DNA from: Octopus bimaculoides
Taxonomy: Eukaryota
Direction of reading: 5' to 3'
NCBI RefSeq assembly: GCF_001194135.2
Contig: NC_068996.1
Coordinates: 27,273,102-27,337,101 of the forward strand
Length of the DNA stretch: 64,000 nt
Below are positions 13,059 to 25,787 of the stretch, in pieces (the stretch's first letter is position 1; every line of letters begins with the position of its first letter). The notes below the pieces were generated by a model. That model ran no database searches, was not told where the DNA came from, and worked only from the letters and a program-made list of their open reading frames with translations. The translations under genes were made by a program, and so were the position numbers.

Positions 13059-14422
13059 TACATTATATATACATCACACACACAGCTTCCATCTACCAAA
13101 TCTAATCACAAGGCATTGGTCAGCTATAGAAAAAACTTGTCCAAGGTGCTGCACAGTGTGGTTGAACTTAAGACCATATGGTTGCAAAGTGAGTTTCTTA
13201 ACCTAATAGCCATTGTAATCTTAGAAAGATTTATTGCACACTTTATTCTACAAATTTTCCCTCCAAAATTCTAAAATACTGAAGTTAATGCTTATGAGTT
13301 GTCACCAACAGATCACTGATTTAAACAGCTTTTGGTATTTCTTTCCCCTCCACTCCAGTCTGTGTTCCAATTTCGTTAAATGCAAATTTGCTTTACTTCT
13401 CTCCCCAGTAACATTATGAGATTTATGTTTTATAACCTTTTCACTGCCAACTCAATCCAGCTAGCTAGACAAAACTATTAAGAAGAGGAAGACAGTTGGC
13501 TGCAATGTTTATAATGTAGTCAATGACTATATAGATTATGAAGACCACTGATTTATTAATTTAGTATTATCACAGTAAGATTGACCTTGAGGATATGGCA
13601 TGGTAACCAGCTTCTAGAGAGATAATCCTCAGATTGAGGAGACAAGAAGTGGATTGTTGACAAGTGTTCATATAAATAACTATTAGAATAGATGCAGTAT
13701 GTTGAGTGGGTATGGTTAGGTCAGATTTGTATGTGGGTTTCACAGACACAATGACAAATGAAGAGATGCATTTGGTTCTCTATGTACAACCCACGTGCTA
13801 GCTTCAAACTTTCAGCATTAAAACAATGGCAAAGACAGTTCTATGTAATGCCTATTCTATACCATTTGTTAATACAAATAAAAGAAAAACTATAACCGAT
13901 GAAATTAAATTAAAAATGTTAAATGCAAGTCATGCCCAACTTAGTACATACTGTATATATTTTCAATGCCATCTATTAACATTTACTTTACATTTCTCTA
14001 ATTGTTATCAAAAAGCAGGATAAAAATACTAAATTGTGTTTAAAGCCAACAATTAGCATTCAACATTTTTATCTTTCTTTAATATTGAACTGAAATGTGC
14101 CACATAGTCAACACACCTTATTTTGCTGAACACAGAAAACCAGTGTACATGCATGTAATATAAGCTAATTACTACCATGGACATATATTCATGGTGTAAT
14201 TATATATCTACATATATAATTTTACATCATGTCTGTTTTCTATGCTAGCATGAGTAGGATGGTTCAATAGGACTCAAAGAGTCGCAGGACCCATCTTCTC
14301 CAACCTCAAATGTCTCATTTTAGGGATGATTTCTGTGGCTAGGTACCTTCCCTAACATCAACCACTTTACAATGTGTATTAGGTGCATTTTTGCATGGTG
14401 CCAGCACTACATAGGTTGTTTT

Positions 14423-14626
14423 GCTGGCAGAAACGTTAGCGGTATTTCGTCTGCTACTACGTTCTGAGTTCAAATTCCACCGAGGTCGACTTTGCCTTTC
14501 ATCCTTGCGGGGTTGATAAATTAAGTACCAGTTACGCACTGGGGTCGATGTAATCAACTTAATCCCTTTGTCTGTCCTTGTTTGTCCCCTCTATGTTTAG
14601 CCCCTTTTGGGCAATAAAGAAATAAG
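14423..14626 (+). mobile_element. SINE family (..GTTCTGAGTTCAAATTCCACCGAGGTCGACTTTGCCTTTCATCC..)
   Basis: B-box-like GAGTTCAAATTCC. Homologous copies at ~7790-7990 (-), 50375-50550 (+), 54105-54310 (+), with fragments near 41.6-41.9 kb and 46.15 kb. Confidence 0.75.
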
Positions 14627-16714
14627 AAAGACAAAAGAGGCCCTCTCAAGCCCTGAATTGTAGCTACTCAAACCAATCAGAATGTACTGGATACTTTTTA
14701 TGGCACCAGCATTGTTGGAAATCTTCAGCTTGCAAAGTGAAAGAGAGTTCCCATGATGGAAAAAAAAACTGTATGGATTTACTGTAAAATGGACTTACTG
14801 CAAGAGAGGATGGCAGCAGAGAGAATAACAGAGGGAACAATGTTGGGATGAAAGTAGTGGAGACAGAAGTGAGAGGAAAAGGAATGATAATATGAAGGCA
14901 AGTGGGAACAAAATGATAATAATGATGAGAAGGGTAGAGTAGGATGAATCAGTCCATCTGCCATACCAATATATGCCAGGTGATTCAAAAGTTATTGGAG
15001 TTAGACAGATTGATTGTTGAGAAAAGATGGTAAAGGAGTGACTAACAGAGACAGTGTCAGGGTAATAGGAAGGAAAGCAGTGTTTGCAGCATTAGTAAGA
15101 CAAACCAAGACAGAGTTAAGATAGTGAAGAGGGTAGGTAATGGTGTGTGAAGTCAAGATAAGAGAAGGGAAAAGTAATGTCAGGAGTGTTAGTGAGAGTG
15201 AATCAGAATAAGAGTGGTGTGGAGCATTGACTAAGAGATGCAGTCCTACTCCATATTATGAGTGGGTAGAGTAGTGTGGAAAAGAGATGGATAAGATGAC
15301 GATGATGAGGGGCTAAGGTTTATCCTCAAAGTAACATGTCCAAGACAGAATACTGATAGAAGAAGAATGAGGATGCATAAAGGTGTGCAATCCCTCCCCA
15401 CTCAAGCATCATTAGAGAAGAAAGGAGAGACAACAGAACACAGGTGGTGGTGGTTGTGGTATGAGAAAATGAGATGTTCAATATATACAAATCAAGTACT
15501 TTCCTCTCAAATAAAGATGACACAGCACAGTGAATAGAAAAATAGAGATGAGAGGGTACAGAATAGAGACAACAATTTGAATAGATGGTGGGATGAGGTA
15601 GCAGTATAGAATAGGCAACAGACTTGGCTATTGCATGCACAAAACAATACTAAAAGGAAGGATACAAGCCCTAATCTTACATAGAAGGTTGGGTCTTCTG
15701 CAGCACAGTAATTTGTCAATCAAAACAATCTTTCATCATTTCTGTCATATGTAACACCTGGAGATCACAAAGAACCACTCCATCCCAAATCTTCTTTGGC
15801 TTTCCAATAGTAATCCAATGAGAGACGTAGAGAGAGACTATGTAGTTAAATAGAGAGAGACTATTTGATATAAATAACAGCCAAATCTCCCTCAAATAAC
15901 ACTACCATCTTCAAAAAGACTGCAAGGTCATATTAAATAATATAGTCCTGATACTCCTTAAAAAGATGCTTAGAATGTTTGCTTTATTATGGTTGACCTA
16001 GAGCTAAACAACAAATGCGGATATATATGTCAATGAAAATAATGAGTTATTTGTATACAGTGTTCAGGTACACAACTACTTGTCAGAATAGAGTAAAAGA
16101 AAAAAACAGAAAACATAATGTACAGCCAAAAGTAAATGCAGAGTACACAAGATAAAAACACAGCAAAACAAGAAAAAAGTGAACAGTAAAAGAGACATAA
16201 AGAGGAGAAAAATGTGTAAAGCAGATCAGGATTTATGCAGGCAGAAAGCAAGAAAATTTTGAAAGATACAGTGTTCTGATATTATATATATTTCTAAGTC
16301 CGTCATTTCATTTTCTGCTTAACACTAAGGTTGATTTCACATTAAGAATAGCAATGTAATTTCCACATATAAGTATTATAATGAAATCTATATCATTAAA
16401 TTATAGAACAAATGGGATTTATTAGGTTTAATATCAAATTATCTTAGGATCTTTGAGAAAGTGCTCATGATCAGACTCACTCCTAACTGGTTTCTATTGT
16501 AATTTTCCAGGGTTGTTTATTATGCTTTTTTTGATCAGGTTTAATTAAGGTAGTATATAACACACACAGACAAATAAAACACGGATATCAGCAGGGAATA
16601 TTATAGGGTAATTTTGGGTGTATTTTAGCATATAGTCTTTACTGAAAGCTGTAGCTATAGTATATATTTAAAAAAAGAAAAGCAAACAAAAGAAGTGAAA
16701 ATAGAAAAACATAC

Positions 16715-16867
16715 TTTTGGAGGGTTAAATGGATATGTCTCAGGAATTTTAATTTCTAGTTGAAATTTACCACCTTCATAGGGCGTTTCTGGAGGCCCAG
16801 CTATTTCACCTTTTAATTCATCATATTTATCATTTACTAATTCCACTCTGATACGACATTTTTCAAC
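16715..16867 (-). CDS. UBE2K: UBE2K coding exon 2 (VEKCRIRVELVNDKYDELKGEIAGPPETPYEGGKFQLEIKIPETYPFNPPK)
   Basis: 153 nt, phase 0-0. Acceptor TTCTTTGCAG|GTT, donor AAA|GTATGT. UBC-fold motifs GPPETPYEGG and YPFNPPK. Confidence 0.97.
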
Positions 16868-17429
16868 CTGCAAAGAATAAAATGGATGTGATTAAATACA
16901 AATAATATACATTAAGAAACATTTTATACACACACACACACACAGATGAAAGAAAGTAGCACTCGGTAATGTTGTTGGAGTTGTTAGTATTTAATAACAA
17001 GTTAACTCCGCTACAGATATACATATCTTCAGATAGAGAATCAGAAACACCACCTTCTGTTGCTCAAGCTTTGTCCCCCAGAAATTGCTTCTATACTCAC
17101 TAAACTCTTTAACTCTCTACAGGGATATATACTCCCTAACATTCAGAAATACACAGTAGTGCGTACCACTCCAAAAAAAGGCAACATTTTGACCTAGTCA
17201 AGTATTATCCTATTGCTCTTACCTCCAACATCTCTAAGATAATAGATTCTTGTACTTGTTTGTCATTCCACTGTGGCCATGCTGGAGCACCATCTTAAAG
17301 GACTTATTCTTTGTAAGCCTAGTACTTATTCTATCAGTCTCTAAACACACCAACATCAGTTGTCAAGCGATAGTGGTGGGGACAAACATAGCCACACACA
17401 CACATTAAATATATGCATATGTATATATA

Positions 17430-18776
17430 CTAGCTGGCTGATGTACCTGGTAATTCCCAGGAGTTAAGATGTTCAATTGAAACGCCTTATTACTCTGATA
17501 TAAGAAACCAATTTCATTATAACTGCCACAAGGTGTATTTTCTGTTACGAAAAAATACAAAAAACTGTCAGCTGGAGGATGGAGAGGTTGTTGGAGGTTG
17601 GCGGGAGAGGTTGTTGGAGGTTGGCAGGAGAGGTTTTCGGAGGTTGGCGAGAAAGATTGTCGGAGGTTGGTAAGAGAGGTTGTATAAATATATGAATGAA
17701 GTATTTGAAGAAAGTGCAATACTCACTGATGGTCACTCTCAGTAACTGCCTTTAGCTTACAGAGTTCTTGTTTTTATAACTATCGAAAAGCAGCCAGAAA
17801 GATAGACATTGTTGAGAACAAATGATTTTGTTGGAGATCTGTTATCTCCATTCCAGCCCCTGGTGCCCTGGAAGAGGTTAGAAGGGTCAAGTGGCAAAGA
17901 TATTATTCTGTTTAGTGAAGGCATCTGGGAAATGTATAACTGCTGTCATTCACAGAAAAACTATTGTTTTACTGTGAGAAAAACACTGTTGAAGTGGTAA
18001 GTGAAATTTGTCGATTGAGGAGGATTGAATCCACATTATGTTTGCATGAAGCCACTACAAATACGTTGTGGAATAAAACATTTATCTACTGTCATGAAAA
18101 AAGTGGAATGGTAAAAATGCAGAATTATCAGAGTATTGGGCATTCAAAAAAGTATGTATGTATAGAAATGTATGAAGTCTTTAAGGTTTAAGATTCAAAT
18201 AAACGAAGTGCAATAATAATGTTTAGCAGTTCAAAACTGTGAGTAGTGAAATGCAGAATTAGGTCAGCTGATCATGAGAATCAATTATTGATCACTTTGC
18301 TAAGAACTGCAGGTGGTATGGGTTATTTCCATTGGGTTGCTTAAATCAAATATTAGTAATATGTAGTAGATAGAAGGATCCATTGAGGAGCCCTATTATC
18401 GATTTTTTTTCAATAATCTAAGTATGTCACAAGGTTTCCAGATATGAGTTCTACTCATGTGTCAAATTATTGTCTGATATTGTCTGCAAAAATTAGAAAT
18501 TGGACACACAAAAAAATATTCAAAGTAATCAAACATAAACAATGAAATGGATTATTTCCCTTGGGTGTTTAAAAACATTAGTTACATGAGGTAGATATAA
18601 AGGTCTCTTCCAGGGGCTGTATTATCAATTTTTTCAACTATTTAAGTATGTCACGAGGTTTCCAGATATGATTTCTACTCACATGTCAAGTTTCATCAAA
18701 ATCAATAAAATGATGTAGGAGGAGTTAGCTAACAACGCCACAAACACACACAGATTTTCCACATATGTAGTAGAGA
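17430..18776 (-). mobile_element. Complete non-autonomous Helitron (~1.35 kb)
   Basis: On the minus strand: A|TC(TC)TACTACATATGTGG 5' end; 3' subterminal hairpin CCTGG-GAATTA-CCAGG followed by CTAG|T; no target-site duplication. Internal ~23-nt GGAGGTTGG minisatellite (17572-17682). Homologous to the copies at 60.4 and 62.7-63.9 kb. Confidence 0.85.
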
Positions 18777-20256
18777 TATTACTCTTCCCAACTTTCTACT
18801 CACACTTCTTTGGCAATGTCCTGCCACTTATTGTTATGAGCTCTGCACATCAAGGGTATGCCCAGGCACTTGCCACCATCTATCTCTTCTTTCACTCAAC
18901 CATCCCATTTATATTCTGATCCCCCATCTCTTTTGAGTATGCCCAGCACTTAGCCACCATCTCCTTCCTGTTCTCTCTTGCACTCTTGATGTCTTCCACT
19001 CTCTCTCTCTCCTTCTCTTAGGCTAGGTAACCATGTATCTCCTACAGCAGCACACCTGCTTCTGTCCTCATTCCTAATCTTTCTCTTTCTGGTTCGGTCA
19101 CCATGTACTTCTACTACAGCAAAACACCTGTTTCTGTCTGTCACACTCTAACCTTCATTACCTGGAACAAGGCTACCTCTTTTGATGCCCCATCTCCTCT
19201 GAAAGGATCTTTGACCCTACCAGTGCTGAAGCCATGTAAAAAGCATCCAGTCCACATTGTAAAGTGGTTGGCATTTGAAAGGGCATCCAGTTGTAAAAAC
19301 CTTGCAAAAACTGACTTCACCTGCACTTGTGCCATGTAAAAAGCACCCAGCCCACTGTTGGGTGGTCGGTGTTAGCAAGGGCATCCAGCCATAAAACAGA
19401 CACAGAAGTCTGGTGCAGACTCTTGTCAAACTGTCCAACCCATGCCAACATGGAAGGCAGATGTTAAATGGTGATGATGATGACTATATACACACACACA
19501 CACACAAGCTTGTTTCAGTTTCCATCTATCAAATCCACTCACAAGGCTTTGGTTAGCCCAAGGCTATAGTAGAAGATACTTGCCCAATGTGCCACACAGT
19601 GGGACTGAACCTGGAACCATATGGTTGAGAAGCAAGCTTCTTAACACAGTCATGCCTGAACCTATTGTATATATTTTTCAGTAATCTTTGCTGTTATTAT
19701 GCACACAAACATCCTGGTCTGCATCCAAAGAGGAGCCACGGCCCACAAGCATAATGTCTGCTGTCTTTTCTATAATTATTGTAATAGCCTCTCTTTCTTG
19801 GAGCAGGTAAGTCTCATATCTCCATCATTCTAGCATTCCCCAACCAGTCATATTTCTAGATGTTATTTTTGATGTGCCCAAACCATATGTCCAGTCCTTT
19901 CTTCCCAAAACATTAGCATCAAGCTCACCAGTCTTGGAGGCCTTCAAAGGTTATGGGCAATGCTCCATCTTCAAGGTTCAACAAAAGTGTGTGTGTTCAC
20001 ACACACACAGAGAGGAGGATGGTATATAAGGTTTCATCAACTGATGTTATGTAATAGGTATGCATTCACTTTTTCATCTCTGATGACAAAATACCTAGTT
20101 TATGGAACTCTTACTCAACATCATGATCCATATGTTTGGCTATTCTAGAAACAGCTCTAAATTAAATGTTTGTGAGTAACACCAAATATTTTCTGGAGCG
20201 TTAAACTAATACATCTGTTTGTTGTTTACATACCCATCTTTGTCTTTTGTAAATTC

Positions 20257-20301
<45 letters not shown>

Positions 20302-22717
20302 TATCTTGCTTCAATGACAGGTAAGACTTAGCAAAAGGAAAGGCATCCAGCAATAAAACAATGCACAATGCCTCATGTCAGTCCTGTACAAGTTGGGACT
20401 TCCAACCAAGTAACCCTAAAATTAAACAGGTTGGCAGTGCCTAAGCTAAACAGGACAAAAAAAAAATTGCACAGACCAAAACAGGGTCACCAGCAAAGTG
20501 TAACACATAAATGTACAACAGTCTTCTGTTAATTATCTGAGTAAAAGTAACTAGGCAAGAGAGAGTAAGACAGATATCCAATTTTAGTAGGCTGATATGG
20601 ATTGTTGCCTACGCTCATGAGAATCAGAACAAAGCAAGAGTATCACAACCACAGTAAACATGACAATTCCTGAGGCAGCAATGCATAACAGACACCTTGG
20701 AGCCTTATACTAGGTAACAGCTTTTGAAGGGAAACAGAACATCATTTATGCTAAATTAGTTAAAATTAAGTGTGTTGGTGGCAGCCTTTACCACAAAGCA
20801 CAAAAATGCATATGCAGATTACTAGCAAGAATTAGTTTTAAGTAAACCAACAGCAATTAAGCAGTAATACATACACACTCACACAACATAGGCTACTGTC
20901 AATGTTGTGTTTGAGTAAAAGTGACTGGTTTTAGTCGGCTACTGCAGATCTTTACTTTGCTTCAAGATAGTCTAGATACATCTAGAGTGTGACGCTTACC
21001 ATACATTTCAGAAGTTAAATGTGTGTGTGTATGTATACTCTTTTATTTATTTCAAACATCAGACTGTGGCTATGCTGGACCACAGCCTTGAAGAATCTTT
21101 AGTCAAATCGACCCCAGTAATTAATTTTTTTTTGAAGCTTGGTACTTATTCTATCATTTTCTTTTGCTGAACTGCTAAGTTACAGGGACATGTATATGTA
21201 TGTACATACAAATGTATGCATGTTTGTATGATTAAGAAGTTTCTTTGCCAAGCACATGGTTTCAATTTCAGCTCCATGTGGTACCTTGGGCAATTGTCTT
21301 CACCTATAGCCCCAGGCTGACCAAAGCCTTTTTACATCAAATAGTGTGATCCTCTGACTGCATTCCTGACCAACACAAAAACACTCCAACTTTAAATATC
21401 TTGAGTGTGTTGAGTATCTTTCACCTTCAAACTCAATCAAACCATCATTGTCTCTATTACTGGGTTATTTGACCACTACTTTACTGTGACTACACACCAG
21501 CAACAACACCATCTCCCAGGTACTATGCTTCAAGTTAGCACACTTGTTGAAGCCTTGCTAGTTCTATGCCAACTATCAATGACAGCACAAGTTCTTTACT
21601 CCTCACTAACCAGAACTGTTAGGCAAGTAACTGAAACCAGCTACTTAGACATGTATCTCTACATTTACACACAACACCATAACTAACAGTCATTATCTCA
21701 TTAGAACACATTAATCATAGCCATGTTGCAGCAGTCTAAGCACAAAAAAAAAAAAAAAAAAAAAAAAAAAACATGACCCAGTGTTTGGAGAAAAATCTCC
21801 TAATCCTGCAAATTTTCAGTACTGAAAAACCATCAACCAAACAACAAAAGAGGCCCCTGTGCATCACATGACCAGTAAGTTGATGTGCCTCCTAAAAGAC
21901 AGTCAATCCAAAAGAGATAAGCTACAAATTCATCTCAGGTATTTACATCATGATAAATACAGTGCCAAGTAATTTCATTACAAAGTAATTTTACTGTGAA
22001 CCAATACACCATCTAAATTCACCATCATGCTAATCATACCATTGGCAAATATGTCATGTTTGTTATGTGCAGAGTTCAGAAAAAGAAAATTCAAAGAAAG
22101 ATAAACAAACTCCATCCTGTGATCAGTATATATTGCATGAACTTTTAACATTGCAACAAAAAAATGAAAAAATAAAAAAAATAAAACAATCTAAAGATAA
22201 AAGAGTGGGAATTGAACACATCATCAATAAATATCAAAATCACAAGTTACTAGATTATTTAAGAGGCATCACTTGTAATTTGTCCTTACGAAATATCTTT
22301 TCAGCGATTTAAAATAGCATTATAGTTTAAACAGTATCATTTTGTGATAGTGTTTTTAAAAATAACCAATTTGTTTTCCATGTATGTATGTATGTATGTT
22401 CTCTTTCTCTTTTTAATTTTAGAATAAATTTTGACTGGTCACCTATATGGTAGTAAGGTTGTGAAGGAAAGCACCTTGTTTTGTTCATCTTCCTTTAGAT
22501 TTTAAGGTCTTACAGATTTTTATTGTCCCAAATATTGTGATCATTTGTTGCATATATTCTCCCCAAGAACCCAAGTTCAGCTATACTTTGTTCCAGACAG
22601 TTGGTACATATCCTGTAGCTTCCAATAGCAAACTCCTTATCAATGGACTCTGCTTATTTTTTCCTGTATTTGTATATACATATACACACACATGTATATG
22701 GCATATATACACTAATA

Positions 22718-23092
22718 GGCGTAGGAGTGGCTGTGTGGTAAGTAGCTTGCTTACCAACCACATGGTTCTGGGTTCAGTCCCACGGGGTGGCAGCTTGGGC
22801 AAGTGTCTTCTACTATAGCCTCGGGCTGACCAAAGCCTTGTGAGTGGATTTGGTAGACGGAAACTGAAAAAAGCCCGTCGTATATATGTGTGTGTGTGTG
22901 TTTGTGTGCCTGTCCCTCCAACATCACTTGACAACCGAAGCTGGTGTGTTTACGTCCCTGTAACTTAGCAGTTCGGCAAAAGAGACAGAATAAATACCAG
23001 GCTTACAAAGAATAAGTCTTGGAATCAATTTGCGCGACTAAAGGCCGTACTCCAGCATGGCCACAGTCAAATGACTGAAACAAGTAAAAGAG
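22718..23092 (+). mobile_element. Full-length tRNA-derived SINE (resembles the dominant octopus SINE family)
   Basis: A-box-like TGGCTGTGTGGTAAG, B-box-like GGTTCAGTCCC, internal (TA/TG)n, 3' ..CAGTCAAATGACTGAAACAAGTAAAAGAG. Many further copies in the window. Confidence 0.85.
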
Positions 23093-25261
23093 AGAGAGAG
23101 TAATAAAATGTAACATAATAATTACATGAATGAATGACAAGCACATACATCTTAGACAGCATCTAGAAGAGGGTCACCCACTTGATTGGAATAATTTAGT
23201 CTCTAGCCCAGAGGCAAGCAGTCTCTTCTCTCTACCTTTTCTACTGCTACTATAATGGTCTCTGCTCTTTGGATCAGGTTAGGCTTATGCCACCTCCACT
23301 CAAGCATCCCAATTCTACTCTTTTAATCATCATTATTATATCCAACACCCCTAGGCCCCACACTAATCACGAAACCCAGTCATTTCTCAGAAGACCAGCT
23401 CTCTGGAAATTGTTGCTTGTGCATATTCTCCTCATAGGTGTTGACCGACAAAGGTTCAAAAGGGACATTAACACCATCAGTCTCACTAATCTAAGAGAGC
23501 CTGAAGAAGTCGCAGACAATGTTTTCTACCTTAGACTTGGATTGACTAATGCTCTAGCACAGCAGTTCCTAAACTTATTTTGTGGAAGCTTTTTACAATT
23601 TCCCCCAAATTACAGATTCCATATTCATATTTTAGAGACATCCTCTTCCACCCTAATCTTAATAAGATATTAAATGAAATAAAAACTGTTCTGGATAGAA
23701 AATTTATTCATATAGGCGTAGGCATAGCTGTATGGCAAAGAAGTTCGCTTCTCAACCAAGTAGTTTGGGTTTCAGTCCCATTCTGTGTCTTCTGTTGAGT
23801 AAAGAATTGTCAGTAAATATGGTAGACGAAAACTAAAAGAACTTCAACGTGTGTGCGCCTCATTGACCTGACTTTGTAAGATAGTTGTGAACGAATATCA
23901 TCGTCATACAGGTGGTGTAATTCGTTTCCAACCTTCCATGTAATCGTAACTTGCGACTTGCAATGGAGAAATAGCATCTTACTTAGAAACAAGTGCATGT
24001 TGGAAAGAGGAAAAGAATGTCTGTAGAAAATCTGTCTCAACGAATTTCGTCTGACTCATACAAGCGTGAAAAAGTGAACTTGTTTTATAAAGCTTTATTA
24101 AATTTTATAAAGACATCTAATCTCGAGGAAATCCAGCCCTGACACTCTTTCGATTGTGTATGTTACTGAAACCGGAAATACAAAGTTAGAAATAGTAAAT
24201 CGTTGTGAATAGCAATCAGACGCACTGTTCCCAACTTATTTACAAGAATTTTCCAGGAACAGAAGCTATAACAAGACATTTGTTATTTTTGATTCTACAA
24301 ATCAAATACTTTTGCTTTCATATTTTAGCCCCCATCCCACCCAAATTAAATGATTTTGTTTTAATATTTCATTGATAAATTATTCGGACACTTATTTTCA
24401 TTTCAAAATCGATTATTCAGACTTCGAAATTATACAGATAATTCGGGTAACGTTCGTTCACTTTCTTCGATTTACGGAGATTTAAGACTTTCACTTCCGG
24501 TTTTAATGTGTGCTCATAAATCGAATTTCTCAGAATTTTTCCACGAAAAGCTCTGAGAAACCCTGTCCAAAGGGAATTTCATGCGTGCATATTTGTAATC
24601 TTGTTGAATCCGTTCGTTTTCAAAAACGCGCCACGACATCCGTGAAAAACGGAAACGACATAACGTTAAACAAAATTCATCTAAGGGAAATAAATTAACA
24701 CGTTACAAAAATAAATAAAAAAAAGTATCAAGTCCGTTCTATGTAAAAGCCGGCGTTGTTACAAAATGCAAAGCCGGTGTTGCATCAAAAAGTGTAACTT
24801 AGCAATTCAACAAATGCTGGTCAAAGAATTAAGTATCGGGGTTGCTATCATAGGCTAAAACTTGCAAGGTGGAACAGCAATATGTCCGCATTCCATGACT
24901 AGAACCAATAAAAGAATTAAATATACATTACACCTTATGTATACATACACTTACACACACACACACACACTTCCTATTGAAGAATATTGACCATTATTAC
25001 ATAATATGCCGAAATAATATATTGCAATACACACATGTGAGTGTGTACAGCTTCTACACTATATAGCTTGATCTGTTAGAAACAGTAACTCAATTTCCCT
25101 CGAATAATACTATACCGTTTGAAATACACGCGATATTGTATAATATCACTTGCTATACAAATACATCTCCGTAATAATGAAATTTGATATTAAAAATCGC
25201 TGGTCTGTCAAAGCCGGAACGTCTTGCATAATAGACCTACTGACTAAATACACACACACAG

Positions 25262-25331
<70 letters not shown>

Positions 25332-25731
25332 CGTGTGCAAGATTCTTGATGTGGATACGTGTGTTGAAAGAAATACAATTAAACCTCTCCCAAGGTTTAA
25401 TTGTATAGAGAGAGAGAAAGGGAGAGAGAGAGAGAGGGAGAGAGAGAGAAAGGGAGAGAGAAAGAGAGAGAGAGAGATTATATATTATATATACACACAT
25501 ACCACAAACCATATTTGTAGTAATACAATGCGATTGCTACATTTTGTTCCTAAAAATTACTAATAACATTTCAACCTCTTTTTTTAAACACATGTAGAAT
25601 GCTACACCCCACCCCTGATTATGCAATAAATGTTTCACAATATATGCGAATAATTACTGTAGCTATATATATATACCGCGCCCAGATACGCAAATACATA
25701 TTACACAAACAGTTTATAGAAGGGGTTATAA

Positions 25732-25787
<56 letters not shown>

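Noticed and set aside
11257-13274. Many overlapping Y/I/C/H/T-rich ORFs (also near 25.1, 34.9, 38.1, 39.9 and 57.5 kb)
   Set aside because: Translations of (TA)n, (CA)n and minisatellite tracts, which lack stop codons.
17572-17682. CRISPR-like array or G-quadruplex regulatory element
   Set aside because: Eukaryotic DNA with no unique spacers; it is a minisatellite internal to the Helitron.
22718-22800. tRNA gene
   Set aside because: The A/B boxes belong to a SINE head; no complete cloverleaf, and it continues into the SINE body.
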